Shown here piece after piece: positions 21,850 through 34,250 of a stretch of 64,000 nucleotides of DNA. The translations under genes and the position numbers were made by a program. Under the pieces are notes generated by a model. It was not told where the DNA came from. It ran no database searches and saw only the letters and a list, made by a program, of their open reading frames with translations. Within the stretch, counting starts at the first letter, position 1. Each line of letters starts with the position of its first letter. This stretch comes from Dudresnaya verticillata (taxonomy: Eukaryota): assembly GCA_977862235.1 (NCBI GenBank), contig OZ374565.1:2356001-2420000 (forward strand), in the 5' to 3' direction.

Positions 21850-22120
21850 CTTAAAAGTAAGCGCAAAATAGGAAACGCGTGACCGTCGGCGACGACGGCG
21901 GCGGCGACGGCGGCGACGACGACGGCGTCGCGGCGCAGATCGGCGGCGCGGAAAGAGACAAAAGTAGACCGCGCTCGCCCGCCCGCGAAGGTGAAGGGCT
22001 GAAAAACCCCGCACCGACGCGCCGTCGCGCGCTCGAACAGGCGGCACCGCCGCCGAAAAGATCGGTGCAGAACTTGCTGAGAAATCTCCGAAACAAAAAA
22101 TTCGGCAGATCGCGAGGGGT

Positions 22121-22160
22121 TGAGGTGAGGGATCACTCTGGAATCGCCAGTGCCGAATGT
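22121..22160 (+). pseudogene. 3' fragment (nt 81-120) of the 5S gene interrupted by copy 2
   Basis: tgaggtgagggatcac...gccgaatgt. Confidence 0.93.
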
Positions 22161-23249
22161 TTTTATTTTTTTGCACCTCATTCCTTCCTCCCCGCCGCCC
22201 TCTGCGTACATTGCTGCCTTGCATACCTCTCCCACAGAATCCCCGACCCACTGCCTCTGTACAGCGTATTCTTTTCACTCGCACTTTTCCCCTTTTCTTG
22301 TAAGTGGGAGGGAGTCTGAGAGTGTTTGCAGGTGTCTAGGGGTTGTTTAGGGTTAGGTCTAGGGTTAGTTTGGTTACTGTGGTACGCGAGGGGCATGATA
22401 TTGGGAGGGTAAAGGGTCTAGTGTTGGTGCATGGAATGAATCATGGTGGTGGAAGGAATGGATCAGTGTGGTGGATGAATTGGATTTAGGGACATAGAAT
22501 TGGATTAGATTTAGTACCCAGAAGATTGGATCAAGGATCACCACAATCGGATCAAGTCTGGTGGCTGGGGTGAGGGTGGCTTGGACGTTTGTGCTCATAA
22601 CTTTGGAACGGCTGGGGCTAGGGAGCTGCTCAGTAGCTGAATCGAAGCGTCTCGTTGCTGCGCATTGCGTAGCGCTCTTACCCTCCTAAATCGACTTTTT
22701 GGCGCGTTTCTATGGTGCAAAACGTCCCCACGGGCCGTCGGCAGCTTTTGAGCAGATCAAATAGGGGTTTGGGGCATGTATGGTTATGGGTGGGTTTAGG
22801 GGTGTTAGGGATGTGTCATTTTAACGCGTTTAGGAGTGTAGGGAGTGGGAATGAAAGTAGTAAGGATGAGGAAATGGAAAGGGAAGGATGAGAAAGTATA
22901 GTACAATGCAGTAATACAAATCACGGAATGCATCAGGTTGGGATCCAATAAGGGTGGATGGATTGGATCAACGGAAGTCAAGGCGTTATAGGATTGGATC
23001 TAGGGGCTCTGTAAATTAGATTGGGTGCTGGTTTCATTGAACCAAGGGGTCAGAACGTCCATGAGCTGGTTGACTGTATTTATATTGAATCCTGCGTTTA
23101 GAGTAAATGGTATACGGTTATGGGTCATTACTTTAATGCTCCACGTGTACACTACAGTCGGATGGACATTGGACGCAGGAGTCTTTAGTCGATGACGGGG
23201 AGTGCAGTTGATGGCGCATTTAAATAGGGGTACGGCGGGAACAGCAAGC

Positions 23250-23369
23250 ACATTCGGCCATACTACGCAGACATGCTCCGTATCCCATCCCGAACTGCGA
23301 AGATAAGTCTCGTCAGGCTGGTTTAGTACTGAGGTGAGGGATCACTCTGGAATCGCCAGTGCCGAATGT
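23250..23369 (+). rRNA. 5S rRNA
   Basis: Copy of 4086-4205. Confidence 0.97.
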
Positions 23370-24458
23370 TTTTATTTTTTTGCACCTCATTCCTTCCTCC
23401 CCGCCGCCCTCTGCGTACATTGCTGCCTTGCATACCTCTCCCACAGAATCCCCGACCCACTGCCTCTGTACAGCGTATTCTTTTCACTCGCACTTTTCCC
23501 CTTTTCTTGTAAGTGGGAGGGAGTCTGAGAGTGTTTGCAGGTGTCTAGGGGTTGTTTAGGGTTAGGTCTAGGGTTAGTTTGGTTACTGTGGTACGCGAGG
23601 GGCATGATATTGGGAGGGTAAAGGGTCTAGTGTTGGTGCATGGAATGAATCATGGTGGTGGAAGGAATGGATCAGTGTGGTGGATGAATTGGATTTAGGG
23701 ACATAGAATTGGATTAGATTTAGTACCCAGAAGATTGGATCAAGGATCACCACAATCGGATCAAGTCTGGTGGCTGGGGTGAGGGTGGCTTGGACGTTTG
23801 TGCTCATAACTTTGGAACGGCTGGGGCTAGGGAGCTGCTCAGTAGCTGAATCGAAGCGTCTCGTTGCTGCGCATTGCGTAGCGCTCTTACCCTCCTAAAT
23901 CGACTTTTTGGCGCGTTTCTATGGTGCAAAACGTCCCCACGGGCCGTCGGCAGCTTTTGAGCAGATCAAATAGGGGTTTGGGGCATGTATGGTTATGGGT
24001 GGGTTTAGGGGTGTTAGGGATGTGTCATTTTAACGCGTTTAGGAGTGTAGGGAGTGGGAATGAAAGTAGTAAGGATGAGGAAATGGAAAGGGAAGGATGA
24101 GAAAGTATAGTACAATGCAGTAATACAAATCACGGAATGCATCAGGTTGGGATCCAATAAGGGTGGATGGATTGGATCAACGGAAGTCAAGGCGTTATAG
24201 GATTGGATCTAGGGGCTCTGTAAATTAGATTGGGTGCTGGTTTCATTGAACCAAGGGGTCAGAACGTCCATGAGCTGGTTGACTGTATTTATATTGAATC
24301 CTGCGTTTAGAGTAAATGGTATACGGTTATGGGTCATTACTTTAATGCTCCACGTGTACACTACAGTCGGATGGACATTGGACGCAGGAGTCTTTAGTCG
24401 ATGACGGGGAGTGCAGTTGATGGCGCATTTAAATAGGGGTACGGCGGGAACAGCAAGC

Positions 24459-24578
24459 ACATTCGGCCATACTACGCAGACATGCTCCGTATCCCATCCC
24501 GAACTGCGAAGATAAGTCTCGTCAGGCTGGTTTAGTACTGAGGTGAGGGATCACTCTGGAATCGCCAGTGCCGAATGT
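24459..24578 (+). rRNA. 5S rRNA
   Basis: Copy of 4086-4205. Confidence 0.97.
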
Positions 24579-25667
24579 TTTTATTTTTTTGCACCTCATT
24601 CCTTCCTCCCCGCCGCCCTCTGCGTACATTGCTGCCTTGCATACCTCTCCCACAGAATCCCCGACCCACTGCCTCTGTACAGCGTATTCTTTTCACTCGC
24701 ACTTTTCCCCTTTTCTTGTAAGTGGGAGGGAGTCTGAGAGTGTTTGCAGGTGTCTAGGGGTTGTTTAGGGTTAGGTCTAGGGTTAGTTTGGTTACTGTGG
24801 TACGCGAGGGGCATGATATTGGGAGGGTAAAGGGTCTAGTGTTGGTGCATGGAATGAATCATGGTGGTGGAAGGAATGGATCAGTGTGGTGGATGAATTG
24901 GATTTAGGGACATAGAATTGGATTAGATTTAGTACCCAGAAGATTGGATCAAGGATCACCACAATCGGATCAAGTCTGGTGGCTGGGGTGAGGGTGGCTT
25001 GGACGTTTGTGCTCATAACTTTGGAACGGCTGGGGCTAGGGAGCTGCTCAGTAGCTGAATCGAAGCGTCTCGTTGCTGCGCATTGCGTAGCGCTCTTACC
25101 CTCCTAAATCGACTTTTTGGCGCGTTTCTATGGTGCAAAACGTCCCCACGGGCCGTCGGCAGCTTTTGAGCAGATCAAATAGGGGTTTGGGGCATGTATG
25201 GTTATGGGTGGGTTTAGGGGTGTTAGGGATGTGTCATTTTAACGCGTTTAGGAGTGTAGGGAGTGGGAATGAAAGTAGTAAGGATGAGGAAATGGAAAGG
25301 GAAGGATGAGAAAGTATAGTACAATGCAGTAATACAAATCACGGAATGCATCAGGTTGGGATCCAATAAGGGTGGATGGATTGGATCAACGGAAGTCAAG
25401 GCGTTATAGGATTGGATCTAGGGGCTCTGTAAATTAGATTGGGTGCTGGTTTCATTGAACCAAGGGGTCAGAACGTCCATGAGCTGGTTGACTGTATTTA
25501 TATTGAATCCTGCGTTTAGAGTAAATGGTATACGGTTATGGGTCATTACTTTAATGCTCCACGTGTACACTACAGTCGGATGGACATTGGACGCAGGAGT
25601 CTTTAGTCGATGACGGGGAGTGCAGTTGATGGCGCATTTAAATAGGGGTACGGCGGGAACAGCAAGC

Positions 25668-25787
25668 ACATTCGGCCATACTACGCAGACATGCTCCGTA
25701 TCCCATCCCGAACTGCGAAGATAAGTCTCGTCAGGCTGGTTTAGTACTGAGGTGAGGGATCACTCTGGAATCGCCAGTGCCGAATGT
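25668..25787 (+). rRNA. 5S rRNA
   Basis: Copy of 4086-4205. Confidence 0.97.
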
Positions 25788-26876
25788 TTTTATTTTTTTG
25801 CACCTCATTCCTTCCTCCCCGCCGCCCTCTGCGTACATTGCTGCCTTGCATACCTCTCCCACAGAATCCCCGACCCACTGCCTCTGTACAGCGTATTCTT
25901 TTCACTCGCACTTTTCCCCTTTTCTTGTAAGTGGGAGGGAGTCTGAGAGTGTTTGCAGGTGTCTAGGGGTTGTTTAGGGTTAGGTCTAGGGTTAGTTTGG
26001 TTACTGTGGTACGCGAGGGGCATGATATTGGGAGGGTAAAGGGTCTAGTGTTGGTGCATGGAATGAATCATGGTGGTGGAAGGAATGGATCAGTGTGGTG
26101 GATGAATTGGATTTAGGGACATAGAATTGGATTAGATTTAGTACCCAGAAGATTGGATCAAGGATCACCACAATCGGATCAAGTCTGGTGGCTGGGGTGA
26201 GGGTGGCTTGGACGTTTGTGCTCATAACTTTGGAACGGCTGGGGCTAGGGAGCTGCTCAGTAGCTGAATCGAAGCGTCTCGTTGCTGCGCATTGCGTAGC
26301 GCTCTTACCCTCCTAAATCGACTTTTTGGCGCGTTTCTATGGTGCAAAACGTCCCCACGGGCCGTCGGCAGCTTTTGAGCAGATCAAATAGGGGTTTGGG
26401 GCATGTATGGTTATGGGTGGGTTTAGGGGTGTTAGGGATGTGTCATTTTAACGCGTTTAGGAGTGTAGGGAGTGGGAATGAAAGTAGTAAGGATGAGGAA
26501 ATGGAAAGGGAAGGATGAGAAAGTATAGTACAATGCAGTAATACAAATCACGGAATGCATCAGGTTGGGATCCAATAAGGGTGGATGGATTGGATCAACG
26601 GAAGTCAAGGCGTTATAGGATTGGATCTAGGGGCTCTGTAAATTAGATTGGGTGCTGGTTTCATTGAACCAAGGGGTCAGAACGTCCATGAGCTGGTTGA
26701 CTGTATTTATATTGAATCCTGCGTTTAGAGTAAATGGTATACGGTTATGGGTCATTACTTTAATGCTCCACGTGTACACTACAGTCGGATGGACATTGGA
26801 CGCAGGAGTCTTTAGTCGATGACGGGGAGTGCAGTTGATGGCGCATTTAAATAGGGGTACGGCGGGAACAGCAAGC

Positions 26877-26996
26877 ACATTCGGCCATACTACGCAGACA
26901 TGCTCCGTATCCCATCCCGAACTGCGAAGATAAGTCTCGTCAGGCTGGTTTAGTACTGAGGTGAGGGATCACTCTGGAATCGCCAGTGCCGAATGT
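26877..26996 (+). rRNA. 5S rRNA
   Basis: Copy of 4086-4205. Confidence 0.97.
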
Positions 26997-28085
26997 TTTT
27001 ATTTTTTTGCACCTCATTCCTTCCTCCCCGCCGCCCTCTGCGTACATTGCTGCCTTGCATACCTCTCCCACAGAATCCCCGACCCACTGCCTCTGTACAG
27101 CGTATTCTTTTCACTCGCACTTTTCCCCTTTTCTTGTAAGTGGGAGGGAGTCTGAGAGTGTTTGCAGGTGTCTAGGGGTTGTTTAGGGTTAGGTCTAGGG
27201 TTAGTTTGGTTACTGTGGTACGCGAGGGGCATGATATTGGGAGGGTAAAGGGTCTAGTGTTGGTGCATGGAATGAATCATGGTGGTGGAAGGAATGGATC
27301 AGTGTGGTGGATGAATTGGATTTAGGGACATAGAATTGGATTAGATTTAGTACCCAGAAGATTGGATCAAGGATCACCACAATCGGATCAAGTCTGGTGG
27401 CTGGGGTGAGGGTGGCTTGGACGTTTGTGCTCATAACTTTGGAACGGCTGGGGCTAGGGAGCTGCTCAGTAGCTGAATCGAAGCGTCTCGTTGCTGCGCA
27501 TTGCGTAGCGCTCTTACCCTCCTAAATCGACTTTTTGGCGCGTTTCTATGGTGCAAAACGTCCCCACGGGCCGTCGGCAGCTTTTGAGCAGATCAAATAG
27601 GGGTTTGGGGCATGTATGGTTATGGGTGGGTTTAGGGGTGTTAGGGATGTGTCATTTTAACGCGTTTAGGAGTGTAGGGAGTGGGAATGAAAGTAGTAAG
27701 GATGAGGAAATGGAAAGGGAAGGATGAGAAAGTATAGTACAATGCAGTAATACAAATCACGGAATGCATCAGGTTGGGATCCAATAAGGGTGGATGGATT
27801 GGATCAACGGAAGTCAAGGCGTTATAGGATTGGATCTAGGGGCTCTGTAAATTAGATTGGGTGCTGGTTTCATTGAACCAAGGGGTCAGAACGTCCATGA
27901 GCTGGTTGACTGTATTTATATTGAATCCTGCGTTTAGAGTAAATGGTATACGGTTATGGGTCATTACTTTAATGCTCCACGTGTACACTACAGTCGGATG
28001 GACATTGGACGCAGGAGTCTTTAGTCGATGACGGGGAGTGCAGTTGATGGCGCATTTAAATAGGGGTACGGCGGGAACAGCAAGC

Positions 28086-28205
28086 ACATTCGGCCATACT
28101 ACGCAGACATGCTCCGTATCCCATCCCGAACTGCGAAGATAAGTCTCGTCAGGCTGGTTTAGTACTGAGGTGAGGGATCACTCTGGAATCGCCAGTGCCG
28201 AATGT
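28086..28205 (+). rRNA. 5S rRNA
   Basis: Copy of 4086-4205. Confidence 0.97.
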
Positions 28206-29294
28206 TTTTATTTTTTTGCACCTCATTCCTTCCTCCCCGCCGCCCTCTGCGTACATTGCTGCCTTGCATACCTCTCCCACAGAATCCCCGACCCACTGCC
28301 TCTGTACAGCGTATTCTTTTCACTCGCACTTTTCCCCTTTTCTTGTAAGTGGGAGGGAGTCTGAGAGTGTTTGCAGGTGTCTAGGGGTTGTTTAGGGTTA
28401 GGTCTAGGGTTAGTTTGGTTACTGTGGTACGCGAGGGGCATGATATTGGGAGGGTAAAGGGTCTAGTGTTGGTGCATGGAATGAATCATGGTGGTGGAAG
28501 GAATGGATCAGTGTGGTGGATGAATTGGATTTAGGGACATAGAATTGGATTAGATTTAGTACCCAGAAGATTGGATCAAGGATCACCACAATCGGATCAA
28601 GTCTGGTGGCTGGGGTGAGGGTGGCTTGGACGTTTGTGCTCATAACTTTGGAACGGCTGGGGCTAGGGAGCTGCTCAGTAGCTGAATCGAAGCGTCTCGT
28701 TGCTGCGCATTGCGTAGCGCTCTTACCCTCCTAAATCGACTTTTTGGCGCGTTTCTATGGTGCAAAACGTCCCCACGGGCCGTCGGCAGCTTTTGAGCAG
28801 ATCAAATAGGGGTTTGGGGCATGTATGGTTATGGGTGGGTTTAGGGGTGTTAGGGATGTGTCATTTTAACGCGTTTAGGAGTGTAGGGAGTGGGAATGAA
28901 AGTAGTAAGGATGAGGAAATGGAAAGGGAAGGATGAGAAAGTATAGTACAATGCAGTAATACAAATCACGGAATGCATCAGGTTGGGATCCAATAAGGGT
29001 GGATGGATTGGATCAACGGAAGTCAAGGCGTTATAGGATTGGATCTAGGGGCTCTGTAAATTAGATTGGGTGCTGGTTTCATTGAACCAAGGGGTCAGAA
29101 CGTCCATGAGCTGGTTGACTGTATTTATATTGAATCCTGCGTTTAGAGTAAATGGTATACGGTTATGGGTCATTACTTTAATGCTCCACGTGTACACTAC
29201 AGTCGGATGGACATTGGACGCAGGAGTCTTTAGTCGATGACGGGGAGTGCAGTTGATGGCGCATTTAAATAGGGGTACGGCGGGAACAGCAAGC

Positions 29295-29414
29295 ACATTC
29301 GGCCATACTACGCAGACATGCTCCGTATCCCATCCCGAACTGCGAAGATAAGTCTCGTCAGGCTGGTTTAGTACTGAGGTGAGGGATCACTCTGGAATCG
29401 CCAGTGCCGAATGT
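29295..29414 (+). rRNA. 5S rRNA
   Basis: Copy of 4086-4205. Confidence 0.97.
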
Positions 29415-30503
29415 TTTTATTTTTTTGCACCTCATTCCTTCCTCCCCGCCGCCCTCTGCGTACATTGCTGCCTTGCATACCTCTCCCACAGAATCCCCGA
29501 CCCACTGCCTCTGTACAGCGTATTCTTTTCACTCGCACTTTTCCCCTTTTCTTGTAAGTGGGAGGGAGTCTGAGAGTGTTTGCAGGTGTCTAGGGGTTGT
29601 TTAGGGTTAGGTCTAGGGTTAGTTTGGTTACTGTGGTACGCGAGGGGCATGATATTGGGAGGGTAAAGGGTCTAGTGTTGGTGCATGGAATGAATCATGG
29701 TGGTGGAAGGAATGGATCAGTGTGGTGGATGAATTGGATTTAGGGACATAGAATTGGATTAGATTTAGTACCCAGAAGATTGGATCAAGGATCACCACAA
29801 TCGGATCAAGTCTGGTGGCTGGGGTGAGGGTGGCTTGGACGTTTGTGCTCATAACTTTGGAACGGCTGGGGCTAGGGAGCTGCTCAGTAGCTGAATCGAA
29901 GCGTCTCGTTGCTGCGCATTGCGTAGCGCTCTTACCCTCCTAAATCGACTTTTTGGCGCGTTTCTATGGTGCAAAACGTCCCCACGGGCCGTCGGCAGCT
30001 TTTGAGCAGATCAAATAGGGGTTTGGGGCATGTATGGTTATGGGTGGGTTTAGGGGTGTTAGGGATGTGTCATTTTAACGCGTTTAGGAGTGTAGGGAGT
30101 GGGAATGAAAGTAGTAAGGATGAGGAAATGGAAAGGGAAGGATGAGAAAGTATAGTACAATGCAGTAATACAAATCACGGAATGCATCAGGTTGGGATCC
30201 AATAAGGGTGGATGGATTGGATCAACGGAAGTCAAGGCGTTATAGGATTGGATCTAGGGGCTCTGTAAATTAGATTGGGTGCTGGTTTCATTGAACCAAG
30301 GGGTCAGAACGTCCATGAGCTGGTTGACTGTATTTATATTGAATCCTGCGTTTAGAGTAAATGGTATACGGTTATGGGTCATTACTTTAATGCTCCACGT
30401 GTACACTACAGTCGGATGGACATTGGACGCAGGAGTCTTTAGTCGATGACGGGGAGTGCAGTTGATGGCGCATTTAAATAGGGGTACGGCGGGAACAGCA
30501 AGC

Positions 30504-30623
30504 ACATTCGGCCATACTACGCAGACATGCTCCGTATCCCATCCCGAACTGCGAAGATAAGTCTCGTCAGGCTGGTTTAGTACTGAGGTGAGGGATCACT
30601 CTGGAATCGCCAGTGCCGAATGT
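30504..30623 (+). rRNA. 5S rRNA
   Basis: Copy of 4086-4205. Confidence 0.97.
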
Positions 30624-31712
30624 TTTTATTTTTTTGCACCTCATTCCTTCCTCCCCGCCGCCCTCTGCGTACATTGCTGCCTTGCATACCTCTCCCACAG
30701 AATCCCCGACCCACTGCCTCTGTACAGCGTATTCTTTTCACTCGCACTTTTCCCCTTTTCTTGTAAGTGGGAGGGAGTCTGAGAGTGTTTGCAGGTGTCT
30801 AGGGGTTGTTTAGGGTTAGGTCTAGGGTTAGTTTGGTTACTGTGGTACGCGAGGGGCATGATATTGGGAGGGTAAAGGGTCTAGTGTTGGTGCATGGAAT
30901 GAATCATGGTGGTGGAAGGAATGGATCAGTGTGGTGGATGAATTGGATTTAGGGACATAGAATTGGATTAGATTTAGTACCCAGAAGATTGGATCAAGGA
31001 TCACCACAATCGGATCAAGTCTGGTGGCTGGGGTGAGGGTGGCTTGGACGTTTGTGCTCATAACTTTGGAACGGCTGGGGCTAGGGAGCTGCTCAGTAGC
31101 TGAATCGAAGCGTCTCGTTGCTGCGCATTGCGTAGCGCTCTTACCCTCCTAAATCGACTTTTTGGCGCGTTTCTATGGTGCAAAACGTCCCCACGGGCCG
31201 TCGGCAGCTTTTGAGCAGATCAAATAGGGGTTTGGGGCATGTATGGTTATGGGTGGGTTTAGGGGTGTTAGGGATGTGTCATTTTAACGCGTTTAGGAGT
31301 GTAGGGAGTGGGAATGAAAGTAGTAAGGATGAGGAAATGGAAAGGGAAGGATGAGAAAGTATAGTACAATGCAGTAATACAAATCACGGAATGCATCAGG
31401 TTGGGATCCAATAAGGGTGGATGGATTGGATCAACGGAAGTCAAGGCGTTATAGGATTGGATCTAGGGGCTCTGTAAATTAGATTGGGTGCTGGTTTCAT
31501 TGAACCAAGGGGTCAGAACGTCCATGAGCTGGTTGACTGTATTTATATTGAATCCTGCGTTTAGAGTAAATGGTATACGGTTATGGGTCATTACTTTAAT
31601 GCTCCACGTGTACACTACAGTCGGATGGACATTGGACGCAGGAGTCTTTAGTCGATGACGGGGAGTGCAGTTGATGGCGCATTTAAATAGGGGTACGGCG
31701 GGAACAGCAAGC

Positions 31713-31832
31713 ACATTCGGCCATACTACGCAGACATGCTCCGTATCCCATCCCGAACTGCGAAGATAAGTCTCGTCAGGCTGGTTTAGTACTGAGGTGA
31801 GGGATCACTCTGGAATCGCCAGTGCCGAATGT
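31713..31832 (+). rRNA. 5S rRNA
   Basis: Copy of 4086-4205. Confidence 0.97.
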
Positions 31833-32921
31833 TTTTATTTTTTTGCACCTCATTCCTTCCTCCCCGCCGCCCTCTGCGTACATTGCTGCCTTGCATACCT
31901 CTCCCACAGAATCCCCGACCCACTGCCTCTGTACAGCGTATTCTTTTCACTCGCACTTTTCCCCTTTTCTTGTAAGTGGGAGGGAGTCTGAGAGTGTTTG
32001 CAGGTGTCTAGGGGTTGTTTAGGGTTAGGTCTAGGGTTAGTTTGGTTACTGTGGTACGCGAGGGGCATGATATTGGGAGGGTAAAGGGTCTAGTGTTGGT
32101 GCATGGAATGAATCATGGTGGTGGAAGGAATGGATCAGTGTGGTGGATGAATTGGATTTAGGGACATAGAATTGGATTAGATTTAGTACCCAGAAGATTG
32201 GATCAAGGATCACCACAATCGGATCAAGTCTGGTGGCTGGGGTGAGGGTGGCTTGGACGTTTGTGCTCATAACTTTGGAACGGCTGGGGCTAGGGAGCTG
32301 CTCAGTAGCTGAATCGAAGCGTCTCGTTGCTGCGCATTGCGTAGCGCTCTTACCCTCCTAAATCGACTTTTTGGCGCGTTTCTATGGTGCAAAACGTCCC
32401 CACGGGCCGTCGGCAGCTTTTGAGCAGATCAAATAGGGGTTTGGGGCATGTATGGTTATGGGTGGGTTTAGGGGTGTTAGGGATGTGTCATTTTAACGCG
32501 TTTAGGAGTGTAGGGAGTGGGAATGAAAGTAGTAAGGATGAGGAAATGGAAAGGGAAGGATGAGAAAGTATAGTACAATGCAGTAATACAAATCACGGAA
32601 TGCATCAGGTTGGGATCCAATAAGGGTGGATGGATTGGATCAACGGAAGTCAAGGCGTTATAGGATTGGATCTAGGGGCTCTGTAAATTAGATTGGGTGC
32701 TGGTTTCATTGAACCAAGGGGTCAGAACGTCCATGAGCTGGTTGACTGTATTTATATTGAATCCTGCGTTTAGAGTAAATGGTATACGGTTATGGGTCAT
32801 TACTTTAATGCTCCACGTGTACACTACAGTCGGATGGACATTGGACGCAGGAGTCTTTAGTCGATGACGGGGAGTGCAGTTGATGGCGCATTTAAATAGG
32901 GGTACGGCGGGAACAGCAAGC

Positions 32922-33041
32922 ACATTCGGCCATACTACGCAGACATGCTCCGTATCCCATCCCGAACTGCGAAGATAAGTCTCGTCAGGCTGGTTTAGTA
33001 CTGAGGTGAGGGATCACTCTGGAATCGCCAGTGCCGAATGT
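32922..33041 (+). rRNA. 5S rRNA
   Basis: Copy of 4086-4205. Confidence 0.97.
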
Positions 33042-34130
33042 TTTTATTTTTTTGCACCTCATTCCTTCCTCCCCGCCGCCCTCTGCGTACATTGCTGCCT
33101 TGCATACCTCTCCCACAGAATCCCCGACCCACTGCCTCTGTACAGCGTATTCTTTTCACTCGCACTTTTCCCCTTTTCTTGTAAGTGGGAGGGAGTCTGA
33201 GAGTGTTTGCAGGTGTCTAGGGGTTGTTTAGGGTTAGGTCTAGGGTTAGTTTGGTTACTGTGGTACGCGAGGGGCATGATATTGGGAGGGTAAAGGGTCT
33301 AGTGTTGGTGCATGGAATGAATCATGGTGGTGGAAGGAATGGATCAGTGTGGTGGATGAATTGGATTTAGGGACATAGAATTGGATTAGATTTAGTACCC
33401 AGAAGATTGGATCAAGGATCACCACAATCGGATCAAGTCTGGTGGCTGGGGTGAGGGTGGCTTGGACGTTTGTGCTCATAACTTTGGAACGGCTGGGGCT
33501 AGGGAGCTGCTCAGTAGCTGAATCGAAGCGTCTCGTTGCTGCGCATTGCGTAGCGCTCTTACCCTCCTAAATCGACTTTTTGGCGCGTTTCTATGGTGCA
33601 AAACGTCCCCACGGGCCGTCGGCAGCTTTTGAGCAGATCAAATAGGGGTTTGGGGCATGTATGGTTATGGGTGGGTTTAGGGGTGTTAGGGATGTGTCAT
33701 TTTAACGCGTTTAGGAGTGTAGGGAGTGGGAATGAAAGTAGTAAGGATGAGGAAATGGAAAGGGAAGGATGAGAAAGTATAGTACAATGCAGTAATACAA
33801 ATCACGGAATGCATCAGGTTGGGATCCAATAAGGGTGGATGGATTGGATCAACGGAAGTCAAGGCGTTATAGGATTGGATCTAGGGGCTCTGTAAATTAG
33901 ATTGGGTGCTGGTTTCATTGAACCAAGGGGTCAGAACGTCCATGAGCTGGTTGACTGTATTTATATTGAATCCTGCGTTTAGAGTAAATGGTATACGGTT
34001 ATGGGTCATTACTTTAATGCTCCACGTGTACACTACAGTCGGATGGACATTGGACGCAGGAGTCTTTAGTCGATGACGGGGAGTGCAGTTGATGGCGCAT
34101 TTAAATAGGGGTACGGCGGGAACAGCAAGC

Positions 34131-34250
34131 ACATTCGGCCATACTACGCAGACATGCTCCGTATCCCATCCCGAACTGCGAAGATAAGTCTCGTCAGGCT
34201 GGTTTAGTACTGAGGTGAGGGATCACTCTGGAATCGCCAGTGCCGAATGT
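34131..34250 (+). rRNA. 5S rRNA
   Basis: Copy of 4086-4205. Confidence 0.97.

Larger units (their letters stand above)
17474..22120 (-). mobile_element. Non-LTR RLE (CRE-like) retrotransposon copy 2, 4647 bp, 9-bp TSD tgaggtgag
   Basis: Single RT-RLE ORF, ~1.06-kb 5' UTR and 101-bp 3' UTR. No LTRs or TIRs. TSD at 17465-17473 and 22121-22129. Confidence 0.96.

Noticed and set aside
21745..22319. Poly-Arg / Gly-Asp-rich ORFs at the element 5' end
   Set aside because: Translations of the (CGN)n tract. Their starts and ends differ between copies and cross the junction into 5S DNA.
16176..23369. LTR retrotransposon (Cassandra-like) with 5S units as LTRs
   Set aside because: The flanking direct repeats are ordinary array units. 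There is no gag, protease, integrase or RNase H, and the junctions show TPRT-type asymmetry.
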